A stretch of DNA of 64,000 bases from the NCBI GenBank assembly GCA_043784925.1, contig JAYVXU010000025.1, positions 22,649-86,648 on the forward strand, in the 5' to 3' direction. This DNA is from Candidatus Adlerbacteria bacterium. Its GTDB lineage: Bacteria > Patescibacteriota > Minisyncoccia > Phycocordibacterales > SBAW01. Below the pieces are notes generated by a model that had not been told where the DNA came from, made no database searches, and was given only the letters and a program-made list of their open reading frames with translations. A program made the position numbers and the translations under genes. Shown in pieces: positions 25,484 to 35,172 of this stretch. Numbering within the stretch: position 1 is the stretch's first letter; the number at the start of each line of letters is the position of its first letter.

Positions 25484-27193
25484 ATGACTAGGTATTTTAC
25501 TTCTCTCCTTGGACTTCTTTTTGTCGGTGCTTTATTGTGGATTCCTCAGGTTCATGCACAAAGTGCGGACGAGCGCATAGACCGGTTTGATGTAGCTGTA
25601 GCCATTAAGTCCGACTCAACGTTTGATGTTACCGAAACTATTCATTACAACTTTGGCACCACCGAGCATCATGGGATCTTTCGTGACATCCCTGTTGTAT
25701 ATTCAACACAAGCAGGCAACAAATCTATTGGAGTTGGCTCAGTTAGTGTGCAAGACGAAAAAGGAAAGCCGTATCCTTTTGCCACATCTCGAATTGGCTC
25801 AAATATTGAGTTTAAAATTGGTGACCCTAATGTGCTTGTGTCAGGAAGCAAAACGTACGTGCTTCACTACACTGTAGCTCGGGCAATTGGTTATTTTCCC
25901 CAATATGACGAAATATATTGGAACGTCACAGGAAATAGTTGGAAGGTCCCAATAACGGAAGCCTCTGCGACTGTACTCTTGCCGCAGTCGACTGACCCGT
26001 CACAATTGAAACTCTCCTGCTACCAAGGAGCTGCAGGTAGTAATGAAACGTGCACCAGTAAGGCCAATGGTTCGGGCGAAAATGTTTTTGCCATAACGCG
26101 GGAGCTTCGTGCTGGAGAAGGGTTAACTATTGCACTTGGGTTTCCGCTGGGTATAGTGCATCATCCGACATTCCTTGAAAATCTTTTAGCGTTTATAAAA
26201 GACAACTTTGTTCTTTTTGTTCCAATACTCGTGTTTGTTGGCATGTTGTACCTTTGGTATACAAAAGGGCGCGACCCCCGTGGTAGGGGTACTATAATCC
26301 CCGAATACGAAGCTCCTGACCACTTAACGCCGGTTGAAATGTTAGCACTTTTAAAAACGGGTGCCACAAACGAAGCAGTGTCGGCCGAAATTGTGTACTT
26401 GGCCACACAAGGATATCTTCATATTAAGAGGACTGAGCAAAAAATTTTAGGCATTTTCAACTCCAATGAGTATACGCTCACAAAACAAAAAGATGGTGGG
26501 GATTTAGGAGTATTTGATAAAACTTTATTCAATGGGTTATTCAAAGAGGGGAATGAAGTAAAAGTTTCTGACCTTAAAGAAAAATTTTATCTAACAGCAA
26601 CACAAGTAAAAACAGAAGTGCTGCAGTCTTTAGTGCAAAAAAAATATTATGTGCGGGACCCAAACGCAACCCGCATGAGATATGTGACTGTGGGTGTAAT
26701 CATATTGTTTGGAAGTATTTGGGGTGGTAGTGTGCTTGGGCTCGCGGCTGGGGTAAGTGGGATCATGAGTGGGTTATTGATTTTAGGGTTTGGATTTTTT
26801 ATGCCTGCTGTTACAAAGGAAGGTGCTCTTGCAAGAGAGTATAGTCGAGGACTTAAATTGTATTTAGAGGTTGCAGAAAAGGATCGTATTAACTTTCATA
26901 ATGCTCCCGAAAAAAGTCCGGAGCTGTTTGAGAAACTATTGCCCTATGCGATGGTCCTCGGCGTTGAGGTTGCCTGGGCCGGGCAATTTGAAGGAATGTA
27001 CACTCAACCACCAAGTTGGTACTCGGACCAGAGTTTGACGGGCTTTAACAGTATTGTGTTTGCGCATTCGATGCATTCGTTTAACTCTGTAGCAGCTACA
27101 ACGCTTGCTTCTGCACCCGGTGGAGGCTCGGGTTCGGGTGGAGGCGGATTTTCTGGAGGTGGTATGGGAGGAGGTGGCGGTGGAAGCTGGTAG
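25484..27193 (+). CDS. DUF2207-family membrane protein (LemA partner) with Gly-rich C-terminus
   Basis: 569 aa, signal peptide, extracellular domain, TM helices, C-terminal GGGSGSGGGGFSGGGMGGGGGGSW. LemA-DUF2207 adjacency is conserved. Confidence 0.7.
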   Translation: MTRYFTSLLGLLFVGALLWIPQVHAQSADERIDRFDVAVAIKSDSTFDVTETIHYNFGTTEHHGIFRDIPVVYSTQAGNKSIGVGSVSVQDEKGKPYPFATSRIGSNIEFKIGDPNVLVSGSKTYVLHYTVARAIGYFPQYDEIYWNVTGNSWKVPITEASATVLLPQSTDPSQLKLSCYQGAAGSNETCTSKANGSGENVFAITRELRAGEGLTIALGFPLGIVHHPTFLENLLAFIKDNFVLFVPILVFVGMLYLWYTKGRDPRGRGTIIPEYEAPDHLTPVEMLALLKTGATNEAVSAEIVYLATQGYLHIKRTEQKILGIFNSNEYTLTKQKDGGDLGVFDKTLFNGLFKEGNEVKVSDLKEKFYLTATQVKTEVLQSLVQKKYYVRDPNATRMRYVTVGVIILFGSIWGGSVLGLAAGVSGIMSGLLILGFGFFMPAVTKEGALAREYSRGLKLYLEVAEKDRINFHNAPEKSPELFEKLLPYAMVLGVEVAWAGQFEGMYTQPPSWYSDQSLTGFNSIVFAHSMHSFNSVAATTLASAPGGGSGSGGGGFSGGGMGGGGGGSW

Positions 27194-27277
27194 TTTCTAG
27201 GATAGGTATAATCATATACTTACTTTTGAAACTGTATTAATGGGTACTGAGCCAGGTGGCCTTGAATCACTGTATGT

Positions 27278-27514
27278 TTGTGGTACGATTCCAGTATGAG
27301 TGAAAAACTACTAGAAATCTTACAGCGAGCACAAGATTGGCCAGAGGCCGATCAGCAAGAACTAGCAGATTTTGCAAGCGATATTGAGATGCGCGCTAGT
27401 GGAGCATACACTGCCACATCCGACGAGCTTCAAGCGCTTGATGAGGCTGATGCAAGTGGCCCGACTACTCCTGCCCGGATGCAAGAGATATACAAGAAAT
27501 TTTCATCCATATGA
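27278..27514 (+). CDS. Type II antitoxin (addiction-module component, acidic helical)
   Basis: 78 aa, acidic. LLEILQRAQDWPEADQQELADF resembles the putative addiction module component family. 4-nt ATGA overlap with the downstream toxin. Confidence 0.55.
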   Translation: MWYDSSMSEKLLEILQRAQDWPEADQQELADFASDIEMRASGAYTATSDELQALDEADASGPTTPARMQEIYKKFSSI

Positions 27515-27801
27515 AAATTGAGTATTCTCTAAAATATTCGAATGATTTAGAGAATATTCTTGAGCGAAGTACCCAATATGGAGCACGAGTTACACGCGAA
27601 TTAACGAACTATATCTATTTAGAAATTGAAAGAATCGCCTCTTTTCCGGAGAGTGCTAAAACTTTGTCAAATAGAGAGGGTGTCCGAGTTCTGTTTCTTG
27701 TCCGATTTCCATTCGCAATATTTTATAAAGTATTCCCTGATAGGATTTATATTCAACATATTCAACACACCGCCCGCCTACCTTGGCGGGAGGTCAAATA
27801 A
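27511..27801 (+). CDS. RelE/ParE-family toxin
   Basis: 96 aa. The C-terminal FYKVFPDRIYIQHIQHTAR matches the ParE/RelE pattern (Y.v....i.I.rI.H..R). Confidence 0.6.
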   Translation: MKIEYSLKYSNDLENILERSTQYGARVTRELTNYIYLEIERIASFPESAKTLSNREGVRVLFLVRFPFAIFYKVFPDRIYIQHIQHTARLPWREVK

Positions 27802-27810
27802 AATAAGAAC

Positions 27811-28716
27811 ATGGCTACCCTCTATACACACAAAGCTGAAAATATTTCTAAGACCTGGGCACTCATGTTTGTTTTTTTGTGTATTGTGATTGCGATAGGG
27901 TGGGCAATTTCCTATTATTTTCACAACCCGGGTATTCTTGTAATCGCGGTTATTTTTGCAGTGGTGATGAATATTTTTAGCTACTGGTTTTCGGACACCG
28001 TGGTGATCGCGATGGCGCGTGCTAGACCTGCGGACGGGCCACAATATTTGGAACTTAATCGAATTATCGAAAATCTTTCCATTACCGCTGGGTTGCCTAA
28101 ACCAAAAGTATATATAGTAGACGACGCGGCACCCAACGCCTTTGCAACTGGGCGAAATGCAACACACGCCTCAGTTGCAGTCACGACTGGGCTTTTGCAA
28201 ATAATGAATCACCAAGAGCTTGAAGGAGTGTTGGCCCACGAGCTCTCGCATATCGGGAATCGTGACATGCTGGTGTCGACTGTAGCTGTTGTGTTGGTTG
28301 GGTTTGTAACTATTATTGCAGATTTTTTTTGGCGCTCAACATTTTTGGGAGGTGGTCGAGACCGTGAAGAAAAACAAAATCCACTTGTTGCTGTGTTGGC
28401 AATTGCACTTGTTGTTTTGGCCCCTATTTTTGCAACACTGCTACAGCTGGCGATTTCCAGACGCCGCGAATTTTTAGCTGATACATCGGGTGCGCTCTTG
28501 ACCCGCTACCCCGAGGGCTTAGCCTCCGCGCTCCAAAAAATAGGGACGTACTCACTGCCCATGCAAACGGCTAATAACGCAACAGCTCACTTGTATATAT
28601 CGAATCCTTTTGGTGGTGGTGAAGCCCGAAGTTTTATAACTAAACTCTTTTCCACCCACCCACCTATTGAAGAGCGAATCAAAGCGCTAGTTGGCGATAA
28701 CCGGTCGAATTCATAG
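27811..28716 (+). CDS. htpX: Protease HtpX (M48 zinc metalloprotease)
   Basis: HELSHIGNRD HExxH motif, N-terminal TM pair, C-terminal TM pair. 301 aa. Confidence 0.9.
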   Translation: MATLYTHKAENISKTWALMFVFLCIVIAIGWAISYYFHNPGILVIAVIFAVVMNIFSYWFSDTVVIAMARARPADGPQYLELNRIIENLSITAGLPKPKVYIVDDAAPNAFATGRNATHASVAVTTGLLQIMNHQELEGVLAHELSHIGNRDMLVSTVAVVLVGFVTIIADFFWRSTFLGGGRDREEKQNPLVAVLAIALVVLAPIFATLLQLAISRRREFLADTSGALLTRYPEGLASALQKIGTYSLPMQTANNATAHLYISNPFGGGEARSFITKLFSTHPPIEERIKALVGDNRSNS

Positions 28717-28768
28717 TTCTATTGACTAGAGCAGCAGGTGCTGTATAACAAAAACGGCACTGTGTACT

Positions 28769-29029
28769 TTGCATAGGTATATAGGTGTCAACGTCCTAAG
28801 AAGTAAACGGAGAAAAACCTTGCCTAATCGCCGTACAAAAGAGGCTTTCGCAGCTATTCGCAAACAAAGAAAAAATGATATGGGTGGTTGCCTTAATGTA
28901 CCCTTAGCTCAGGCTACGCTCCGGGCTGTTGGGTCCCATATCAAACGCTCTCCGACCACTCTAACGCTTGACTGGAAAAGGCTCGAGAGGTCCATGGTTC
29001 ACTATGGTGACCCCGGCAACGAAGAATAA
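28769..29029 (+). CDS. Hypothetical basic protein
   Basis: 86 aa, Arg/Lys-rich. Terminator follows. Confidence 0.3.
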   Translation: MHRYIGVNVLRSKRRKTLPNRRTKEAFAAIRKQRKNDMGGCLNVPLAQATLRAVGSHIKRSPTTLTLDWKRLERSMVHYGDPGNEE

Positions 29030-29061
29030 TTTGCAGCAGGTCTAAGCGACCTCAAGTTCAA

Positions 29062-29090
29062 AGCCGAGCAACCTATGCTCGGCTTTTTTA
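29062..29090 (+). terminator. Rho-independent terminator
   Basis: AGCCGAGC-AACCTAT-GCTCGGCT followed by TTTTTTATTT. The track ATG at 29075 lies inside this hairpin, so it is not the real start of the next gene. Confidence 0.75.
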
Positions 29091-29137
29091 TTTATACACA
29101 AGGGCTCTTTACAACCTCTGTTATACTAAAAGTATAT

Positions 29138-31885
29138 ATGGAGAACTCAAGGAGGCTTGAGGTTGAAAAAATGCGAGACTCGGCTCGCGCTGAATTAGTG
29201 CAACTCCAAGAAAGGGCCGCGCATATTGAAGCACAACTAGAGCGCGAGTCTTCGCTCGAGTCTGGTGTGGCGCACGACCGGTCAGTAGACCGAGCTGTCG
29301 GGGAAGTATGGCAGAGAAGCGCACAGGTGCCGTCGCCTGCTATTTTGCCGCGAGTGTCCGTGCACCCGCAGGCTTTCACTTTAAAGCTGGCGCCTGAAGA
29401 ACATGACGAAAAAATGGGAGAAATTTTGCATGTGTTGCAAGAGAAAGGAGTCTCAAGCGCTATACAATATGCCGAAAAAGTAGGGAACCCACATTTGATA
29501 GACGACTTCCATCGTGTGCTTGTAGAGTGGATACATGAAGGTTTGCCGGCGCCCAAAATTAATTCGAGCTACGGACATGCACTCACGCTGACACTCTATG
29601 AAGTAACGGTCTCAAAAATAGACAAAGAAAACGAGCGAAGTAGTGACCCGGCGCGAGCGATGCATGAGTTTGTGTCGCTCATGGACCAGGTGTATCGAAG
29701 TATGCATCAAATGAATGCCAACAAGGGCGAATATTTTTCCTTTGAGATAGCAAACCCTGCGGGCAATTTGCAAACGAGCATTTATGTTGCGGTCCCCACG
29801 GCGCGCAAGTCTTTGTTTGAAAAAAACCTTTTGTCCTTGTATCCACACGCAAGGCTAGTCGAGAGACACGATGACTACAATGCTTTTTTTAATGGTTCGG
29901 CGACGGCCGCTGCAGAAGCGTATCTGACGGAGCGCCCTATATATGGTCTGCGCACCTATGAAGCTTTTTCAAGCGACCCTTTGGACGTCCTTATTAATTC
30001 ACTTTCCAAACTTGACGCAGCACATGAGGGAGCGGCTATCCAATATATTATTTCGCCACGAGATCATGGATATTTGAAACGCTTTCGAACGGCTCTCCAA
30101 AAAATCCATTCAGGCGCGCCACTGTGGCATGCAACAAATGTGAAGACAGGGTTCATGGGGTTTGTGCAAGACGTAAGTCGAGCTTTTTCCAAGCCAACTG
30201 TGGCCGCGGAGCATGAACGAGTGCGTCCGGACGACCCACGACTCAAAAATATTGAACATAAAATCTCAAGCCCAATTTTTATGGGCCACATACGCGTTGT
30301 TGCTTCGGCCGCAACTCCTATACGCGCTAAAACTATTTTAGAAGATATTGAAGCGGCGTTTCAGCAATTTGCAGACACCTCAGGAAACACTATCCGTTTT
30401 AAAGAAATTCCGGAGCGCAAAATTAAAAAGTTTGCCGAGCTTTTTTCATACCGCGTTCCAGGTAGCCACCCCATGCCTCTTTCGACAACTGAACTTGCGA
30501 CACTCGCTCACTTGCCAGGAGGAGACAGTAAACTTGCCGCACCAGAACTTCGCCAGGAAAAAAGTAATGTGGCACCTCCTCCTCCTGAGTTAGAGCACAC
30601 CGGAGCAGTGCTTGGAGTCAATACGTTCCGAGGCAATACTAAAGAAATTTACATAGCTCCTGAAGATCGTTTGCGCCATATGTACGTGATAGGGCAAACA
30701 GGGACAGGAAAATCCACGCTTCTTAAAAATGTAATATTACAAGACATACGCTCTGGGGCGGGAGTCTGCATGATAGACCCGCACGGCAATGATGTGCTCG
30801 ATATTTTGGCGTCGGTACCTCCTGAGCGCATTAAAGACGTTATCTATTTTGACCCAGGGGAAACCGCTCGGCCCATGGGGCTTAATATGTTGGAGTTTGA
30901 CCCAGCACGACCTGAGCAAAAAACGCTTGTTGTAGATGAGCTCTTAGGAATATTTAAAAAATTATTTGGTGCTGTGCCAGAAAGTATGGGCCCAGCGTTT
31001 GAACAGTATTTCCGCAATGCAGCACTCCTGGTGATGGAGGCGCCAGAGCTAGGCAGCACTCTCATGGACATTTCGCGCATATTTTCGGACGATGATTTTC
31101 GTGCAAAAAAACTGGCGGCATGTAAAAACCCAATTGTGCTTCGTTTTTGGCAAGACATAGCTATGAAGACAACTGGCGAGCAAGGACTAGAGAATTACGC
31201 ACCCTATGTAACAAACAAATTTGATGCGTTTACGACCAACGAAATTGTGCGCCCGATTATTGCACAGCAAAAGTCATCGTTTAACTTCCGCGATATTATG
31301 GACTCACGAAAGATTTTGCTCGTTAATTTGGCGAAAGGCCGCATTGGCGACATGAACGCAAACTTGCTGGGCTTGGTTATTGTTGGGAAGTTCCTCCTCG
31401 CGGCCTTGTCCCGTGCCGACTCTGTTGGGAAGGATTTGCCTCCTTTTTATTTGCATATAGACGAATTCCAAAACTTCACGACGCCGTCTATTGCTACCAT
31501 TTTTTCGGAAGCTCGAAAGTACAAGCTTTCGCTTACGGTCGCGCATCAATTTATAGCGCAGCTAACCGACGAAATTAAAGACGCTGTGTTTGGTAACGTC
31601 GGCACGATTTGCGCGTTTCGAGTAGGGGCGACTGATGCCGAGTATTTAGAAAAGCAATTTGCCCCAACCTTTAAACAAAGTGACCTCATGAATGTAGACA
31701 ATCGAAACGCCTACCTCAAACTCCTCGTTAAAGGCCGACCTGCAACCCCTTTTAATATTGAAACCCTACCGTTCCCTGATGTGCAGTTGGAGCATGTGGA
31801 CCGAATTCGCGAACTTTCTGGGCTCATGTATGGACGCCCCCGCGCGGAAGTAGAAGCTGAAATAGCCAAAACTCTCTCGTTATAA
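29138..31885 (+). CDS. Large soluble P-loop ATPase of the TraG/VirD4/HerA-FtsK superfamily with about 470-aa N-terminal domain of unknown function
   Basis: Walker A IGQTGTGKST. DPHGN. Walker B-like LHIDEFQNF. ARKYKLSLTVAHQFIAQL resembles the T4CP/TraG sensor region (RKyG..l.l.tQs.sQL). No N-terminal TM helices, unlike classical coupling proteins. Start is the ATG at 29138, or 29171 which has a GAGGT SD. Confidence 0.6.
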   Translation: MENSRRLEVEKMRDSARAELVQLQERAAHIEAQLERESSLESGVAHDRSVDRAVGEVWQRSAQVPSPAILPRVSVHPQAFTLKLAPEEHDEKMGEILHVLQEKGVSSAIQYAEKVGNPHLIDDFHRVLVEWIHEGLPAPKINSSYGHALTLTLYEVTVSKIDKENERSSDPARAMHEFVSLMDQVYRSMHQMNANKGEYFSFEIANPAGNLQTSIYVAVPTARKSLFEKNLLSLYPHARLVERHDDYNAFFNGSATAAAEAYLTERPIYGLRTYEAFSSDPLDVLINSLSKLDAAHEGAAIQYIISPRDHGYLKRFRTALQKIHSGAPLWHATNVKTGFMGFVQDVSRAFSKPTVAAEHERVRPDDPRLKNIEHKISSPIFMGHIRVVASAATPIRAKTILEDIEAAFQQFADTSGNTIRFKEIPERKIKKFAELFSYRVPGSHPMPLSTTELATLAHLPGGDSKLAAPELRQEKSNVAPPPPELEHTGAVLGVNTFRGNTKEIYIAPEDRLRHMYVIGQTGTGKSTLLKNVILQDIRSGAGVCMIDPHGNDVLDILASVPPERIKDVIYFDPGETARPMGLNMLEFDPARPEQKTLVVDELLGIFKKLFGAVPESMGPAFEQYFRNAALLVMEAPELGSTLMDISRIFSDDDFRAKKLAACKNPIVLRFWQDIAMKTTGEQGLENYAPYVTNKFDAFTTNEIVRPIIAQQKSSFNFRDIMDSRKILLVNLAKGRIGDMNANLLGLVIVGKFLLAALSRADSVGKDLPPFYLHIDEFQNFTTPSIATIFSEARKYKLSLTVAHQFIAQLTDEIKDAVFGNVGTICAFRVGATDAEYLEKQFAPTFKQSDLMNVDNRNAYLKLLVKGRPATPFNIETLPFPDVQLEHVDRIRELSGLMYGRPRAEVEAEIAKTLSL

Positions 31886-31950
31886 CCATGCCTTCCCTTG
31901 CAGTTAGAGAAAGAAAGGTATAATTACAGTATATTTTTATATAAATTTGT

Positions 31951-34326
31951 ATGAGTGAACATCAACCCCTTAGGGATAGAAGAGATAGAAGAGATAGAAG
32001 GAATGATGAATCCTCAATCCCTAAACATACACAAACTCTATCTACCCCTGTAGCTAGTGAGGGAGAGAGGAATGCCCCTAATAGAGAAGGTCGAGAAAGT
32101 GAGGAAGCAAACTCATCTTCTCCCAAACATGATACATTTAGTTGGAGTGAAGAATTGGGTACTAGGTTAAATAGTGAGGGTTTTTCTCAAGAGGAAATAT
32201 CTTTTATTCAAGGAGCAATGGTTGGGAAGAAGACCTCTAAAAAACATTTATTGAGTGTCATTGCTCTTAGTAAGGGGTTGTCTGATTTATCCGAAGAAGG
32301 AAAAGAAATGCGTAGGGAAGTGGTAGTTGAACCTGATTTTGAGTTAGAAAATTTTGCAACAATTAAAAAATTTGAGTCAATTCTTAACACCACTTCACAA
32401 GTTGCGTCTGCACCTGAACCGCCGGACCTTGCAAGAAGTGTGCCTTTTGAACCCACTGCGGCTCCTGCTGTTGCAGTGTCCTTGCCGCCAGACAACTTTC
32501 CTATTTCGAACGAGGTTCTTCATGAAGTAGCAAAAAAAATTGTTGAGCAAGAAAGAAAAGGTACAGCACAACCTAAGACTCAGACTGCTCCAGCTACGCC
32601 AGAAGTTACAAAAGATACTATTGAAATTTCTCCCGAGAGTTTAGGCTTAAGTTCAAAAATGTCCTTTATTGATGGCCCAACCTCCTCTGCGCAGGTTGAG
32701 TCGGAAATGCCTCCGGTCGAGCTAGTTGAACCACCTCACCCTGAGTTTGTTTTGAATTTAAAAAAATCAGGGCAATGGCAGACCCTGCCCTCAGGGATAA
32801 CGTCTTTAACCGATGTACAAATTCCAGAAAATACCCAAAACGTAACGTACCGCGCAGGCCCAGAAGGTGTATTGCAGGTTAAATGGACACGCGTACCACC
32901 AGAGAAATCTTCTTCAAAAAAGCCTTCCAAATCTAAAAAGGAAGAATCTGTTTCTCCAGGACCCATAAAGGTAAATTCTGAAGTATCTCCGGTAGAGCAA
33001 GGGGAAAGTGGTTCCACAACTCCAGAAGTAGCTCCAGCAACCCAACCTGTTACTAAACCCATTGCGGAGGTTAATCCAATTACAGGTCAAGAGAAGATGA
33101 GGAAAGAATTTAAAAACCACTTTGGGGAAGATACTTTTGTTACGGCAGACCCTAAAGCTGTAGACTCAAATATTGAAAAAAATACCAAAGAGTGGCGAGA
33201 ACATTTTGGAGAAGATGTTTTTGTTGAAGCTGATGCACCCGAAGCTTCGGTAGAGGCTAAAATAATTCCCCCATGGTATAGCAAATTTCCTAATTGGGTT
33301 AAGGATCAAAAGGAAAATATAAATCAAGAAGCACTTACAAGAGGAGGTGAGAGGGGCGTGAATGCTGTGCGAAAAACAGGGGAGTGGTACAAAAAACAAA
33401 ACCCCTGGATAAAAGTTGGGGTAGGAGGAGCTTTGATAGGACTTGGGCTTGGGGGAGGAGCGATTGGTGGAAGTCTCGGAGGCACAATATTTGCAATCGG
33501 TTTTACAGGTAAAGTTGTACAAAGGGGCTTGGCTGCTTCAGGAGCTTTTGTTCTTGCAGAAAGTATGTCGCGAGGATTAAGTAAAGATAAACAGCTTGAT
33601 AAAGTTTTTCTCAAAGATAAACATACACAACGTGGGCTGGCTGCGGCGGTACTCACCCTTGCTATGCCCTCAATATTTTCCTACACCGGAGCAGGAACAA
33701 TTGTGGGCCAAAAACTATCACTTGCTGGTAGTTGGTTATCAACCAATTTTGTATCTGCAACTAGATTTATAGGAGAATCCCAATTAGCAGGTGCATATCC
33801 GGCTGGTGTAGCGGTAGCACCTGTGGGCTTAACTCAGGTCGATTTATCCGATCCTGTTCAAACCGAGAAATTTACTGCACGGGCTAAAGGTCCAATACCC
33901 CACCTTACTCCTCCAAACCCTGCACCTGGAGTACCTATCACCCCATCCGCACCACCCAACGTTTCGGGCAGAATATTAGATACGCTTCAAGGAGCAAAAG
34001 TTACAAGTGGAAGCAATTTATGGAACACAATCTCAGGTACTCTTCCTTCTGAGCTTAATACGGCGCAACGTCAAAATGCGGTAGGGAATATCATACAGTG
34101 GCTTCGTGATAACCCGAACGCGCATAAAGATATACCTAACCTAACCAAAGTTATAGTTGGTACTCCACTCAGTAGTCTCCAGATTCCTCCGGAAGTTCTT
34201 CAAAACATTTATGATCATGCAAAAAATCCTCAAGTAAAATTAGGTACACTTTCCCTCGGGCCAGAAGCAACGCCAAAAACTACTTTAAAAGAAACTTTAG
34301 AGCAAGTAGCTAAAGAGCAGCATTAA
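31951..34326 (+). CDS. Large bitopic/polytopic protein with RDRRD repeat N-terminus, internal duplicated motif and Gly-rich TM block
   Basis: 791 aa. N-terminus RDRRDRRDRRNDE. Duplicated EFKNHFGEDTFVTADPKA / EWREHFGEDVFVEADAPEA. Central GVGGALIGLGLGGGAIGGSLGGTIFAIGFTG TM region. Pro-rich C-terminal domain. In operon with the ATPase. Confidence 0.55.
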   Translation: MSEHQPLRDRRDRRDRRNDESSIPKHTQTLSTPVASEGERNAPNREGRESEEANSSSPKHDTFSWSEELGTRLNSEGFSQEEISFIQGAMVGKKTSKKHLLSVIALSKGLSDLSEEGKEMRREVVVEPDFELENFATIKKFESILNTTSQVASAPEPPDLARSVPFEPTAAPAVAVSLPPDNFPISNEVLHEVAKKIVEQERKGTAQPKTQTAPATPEVTKDTIEISPESLGLSSKMSFIDGPTSSAQVESEMPPVELVEPPHPEFVLNLKKSGQWQTLPSGITSLTDVQIPENTQNVTYRAGPEGVLQVKWTRVPPEKSSSKKPSKSKKEESVSPGPIKVNSEVSPVEQGESGSTTPEVAPATQPVTKPIAEVNPITGQEKMRKEFKNHFGEDTFVTADPKAVDSNIEKNTKEWREHFGEDVFVEADAPEASVEAKIIPPWYSKFPNWVKDQKENINQEALTRGGERGVNAVRKTGEWYKKQNPWIKVGVGGALIGLGLGGGAIGGSLGGTIFAIGFTGKVVQRGLAASGAFVLAESMSRGLSKDKQLDKVFLKDKHTQRGLAAAVLTLAMPSIFSYTGAGTIVGQKLSLAGSWLSTNFVSATRFIGESQLAGAYPAGVAVAPVGLTQVDLSDPVQTEKFTARAKGPIPHLTPPNPAPGVPITPSAPPNVSGRILDTLQGAKVTSGSNLWNTISGTLPSELNTAQRQNAVGNIIQWLRDNPNAHKDIPNLTKVIVGTPLSSLQIPPEVLQNIYDHAKNPQVKLGTLSLGPEATPKTTLKETLEQVAKEQH

Positions 34327-34349
34327 CGGTAGGAGCGCCAACGGAAGTT

Positions 34350-34721
34350 ATGACCTCGCCAGGGGATGCAACAACGCTTGCCGCTATGGTTGGTTCACCA
34401 AGTGAAATGCCTCTTAATATAAGCTCTGAAACTATTGCCGACTATGCAATAAATAAATTTGGTGATGCTCAGAAAGGAGGATTTTTTAGTAAACTTTTTG
34501 GATCAAAGTTGGTTTCAAATATAGACTGGTCGAAGGTGAGTAAGTTACCAGCCTCGACCATTTTCGATGGAACCCCCAATAAATTCCTTACTCCAGTCCA
34601 GTTAGCCACACTTAAAGCTGACCTTTTGTCAGTACACAATAAAGTAGTTGGCCTTGATCTCAGCCATAAAACAGTGGAGGAGGTTATTAAAGTTGGTTTA
34701 GAAAAGAGGATACTGACCTAG
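34350..34721 (+). CDS. Hypothetical protein (123 aa), operon member
   Basis: Tightly spaced (23 nt) after the 791-aa gene, same strand. Confidence 0.45.
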   Translation: MTSPGDATTLAAMVGSPSEMPLNISSETIADYAINKFGDAQKGGFFSKLFGSKLVSNIDWSKVSKLPASTIFDGTPNKFLTPVQLATLKADLLSVHNKVVGLDLSHKTVEEVIKVGLEKRILT

Positions 34722-34763
34722 AATCCAAATTGAAGTGTGAAATTATTTAGATAAGTAAACAAT

Positions 34764-35075
34764 ATGCCAATAGAAACCATACAAAAGATGTTAGCAGAGC
34801 AATTGGGGGTAGGGGACGCTCCGCCCGAAGTACAAGTGGCCGTTGTTGATGAAATAGGGGGCTTGGCTCTTGAGCGATTGACCATGCTTATATTTGCGCA
34901 ATTGTCTGAAGTGGACCGAGCGGCGTTTGAGAAGCTACAAGACTCCAAGGACTCCTCTGGTATGCAAAATTTAATTACACAAAAGGTGCCAAACTTAGAG
35001 CAACTCACGAGTGAAGCCATAAAAACCGAAATACAAGCTTTTCAAGAGTTTCAAAAAGCACTTCCTAACGACTAG
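34764..35075 (+). CDS. Small acidic helical protein (103 aa), operon member
   Basis: Same strand, 42-nt gap. No family recognised. Confidence 0.45.
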   Translation: MPIETIQKMLAEQLGVGDAPPEVQVAVVDEIGGLALERLTMLIFAQLSEVDRAAFEKLQDSKDSSGMQNLITQKVPNLEQLTSEAIKTEIQAFQEFQKALPND

Positions 35076-35172
35076 CATGTCTTCATCGTCTTAATATCAT
35101 CGTGCAACAATTATTTTATCAAAGATAGGTTGTATTGAATCTTGTGTGCGAGTATTCTTATATTGAAGCGCT

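Noticed and set aside
29075-29137. Track start codon (ATG 29075) for the large ATPase
   Set aside because: This ATG lies inside the loop and stem of the upstream terminator hairpin. The first plausible starts are ATG 29138 or ATG 29171 (GAGGT SD).
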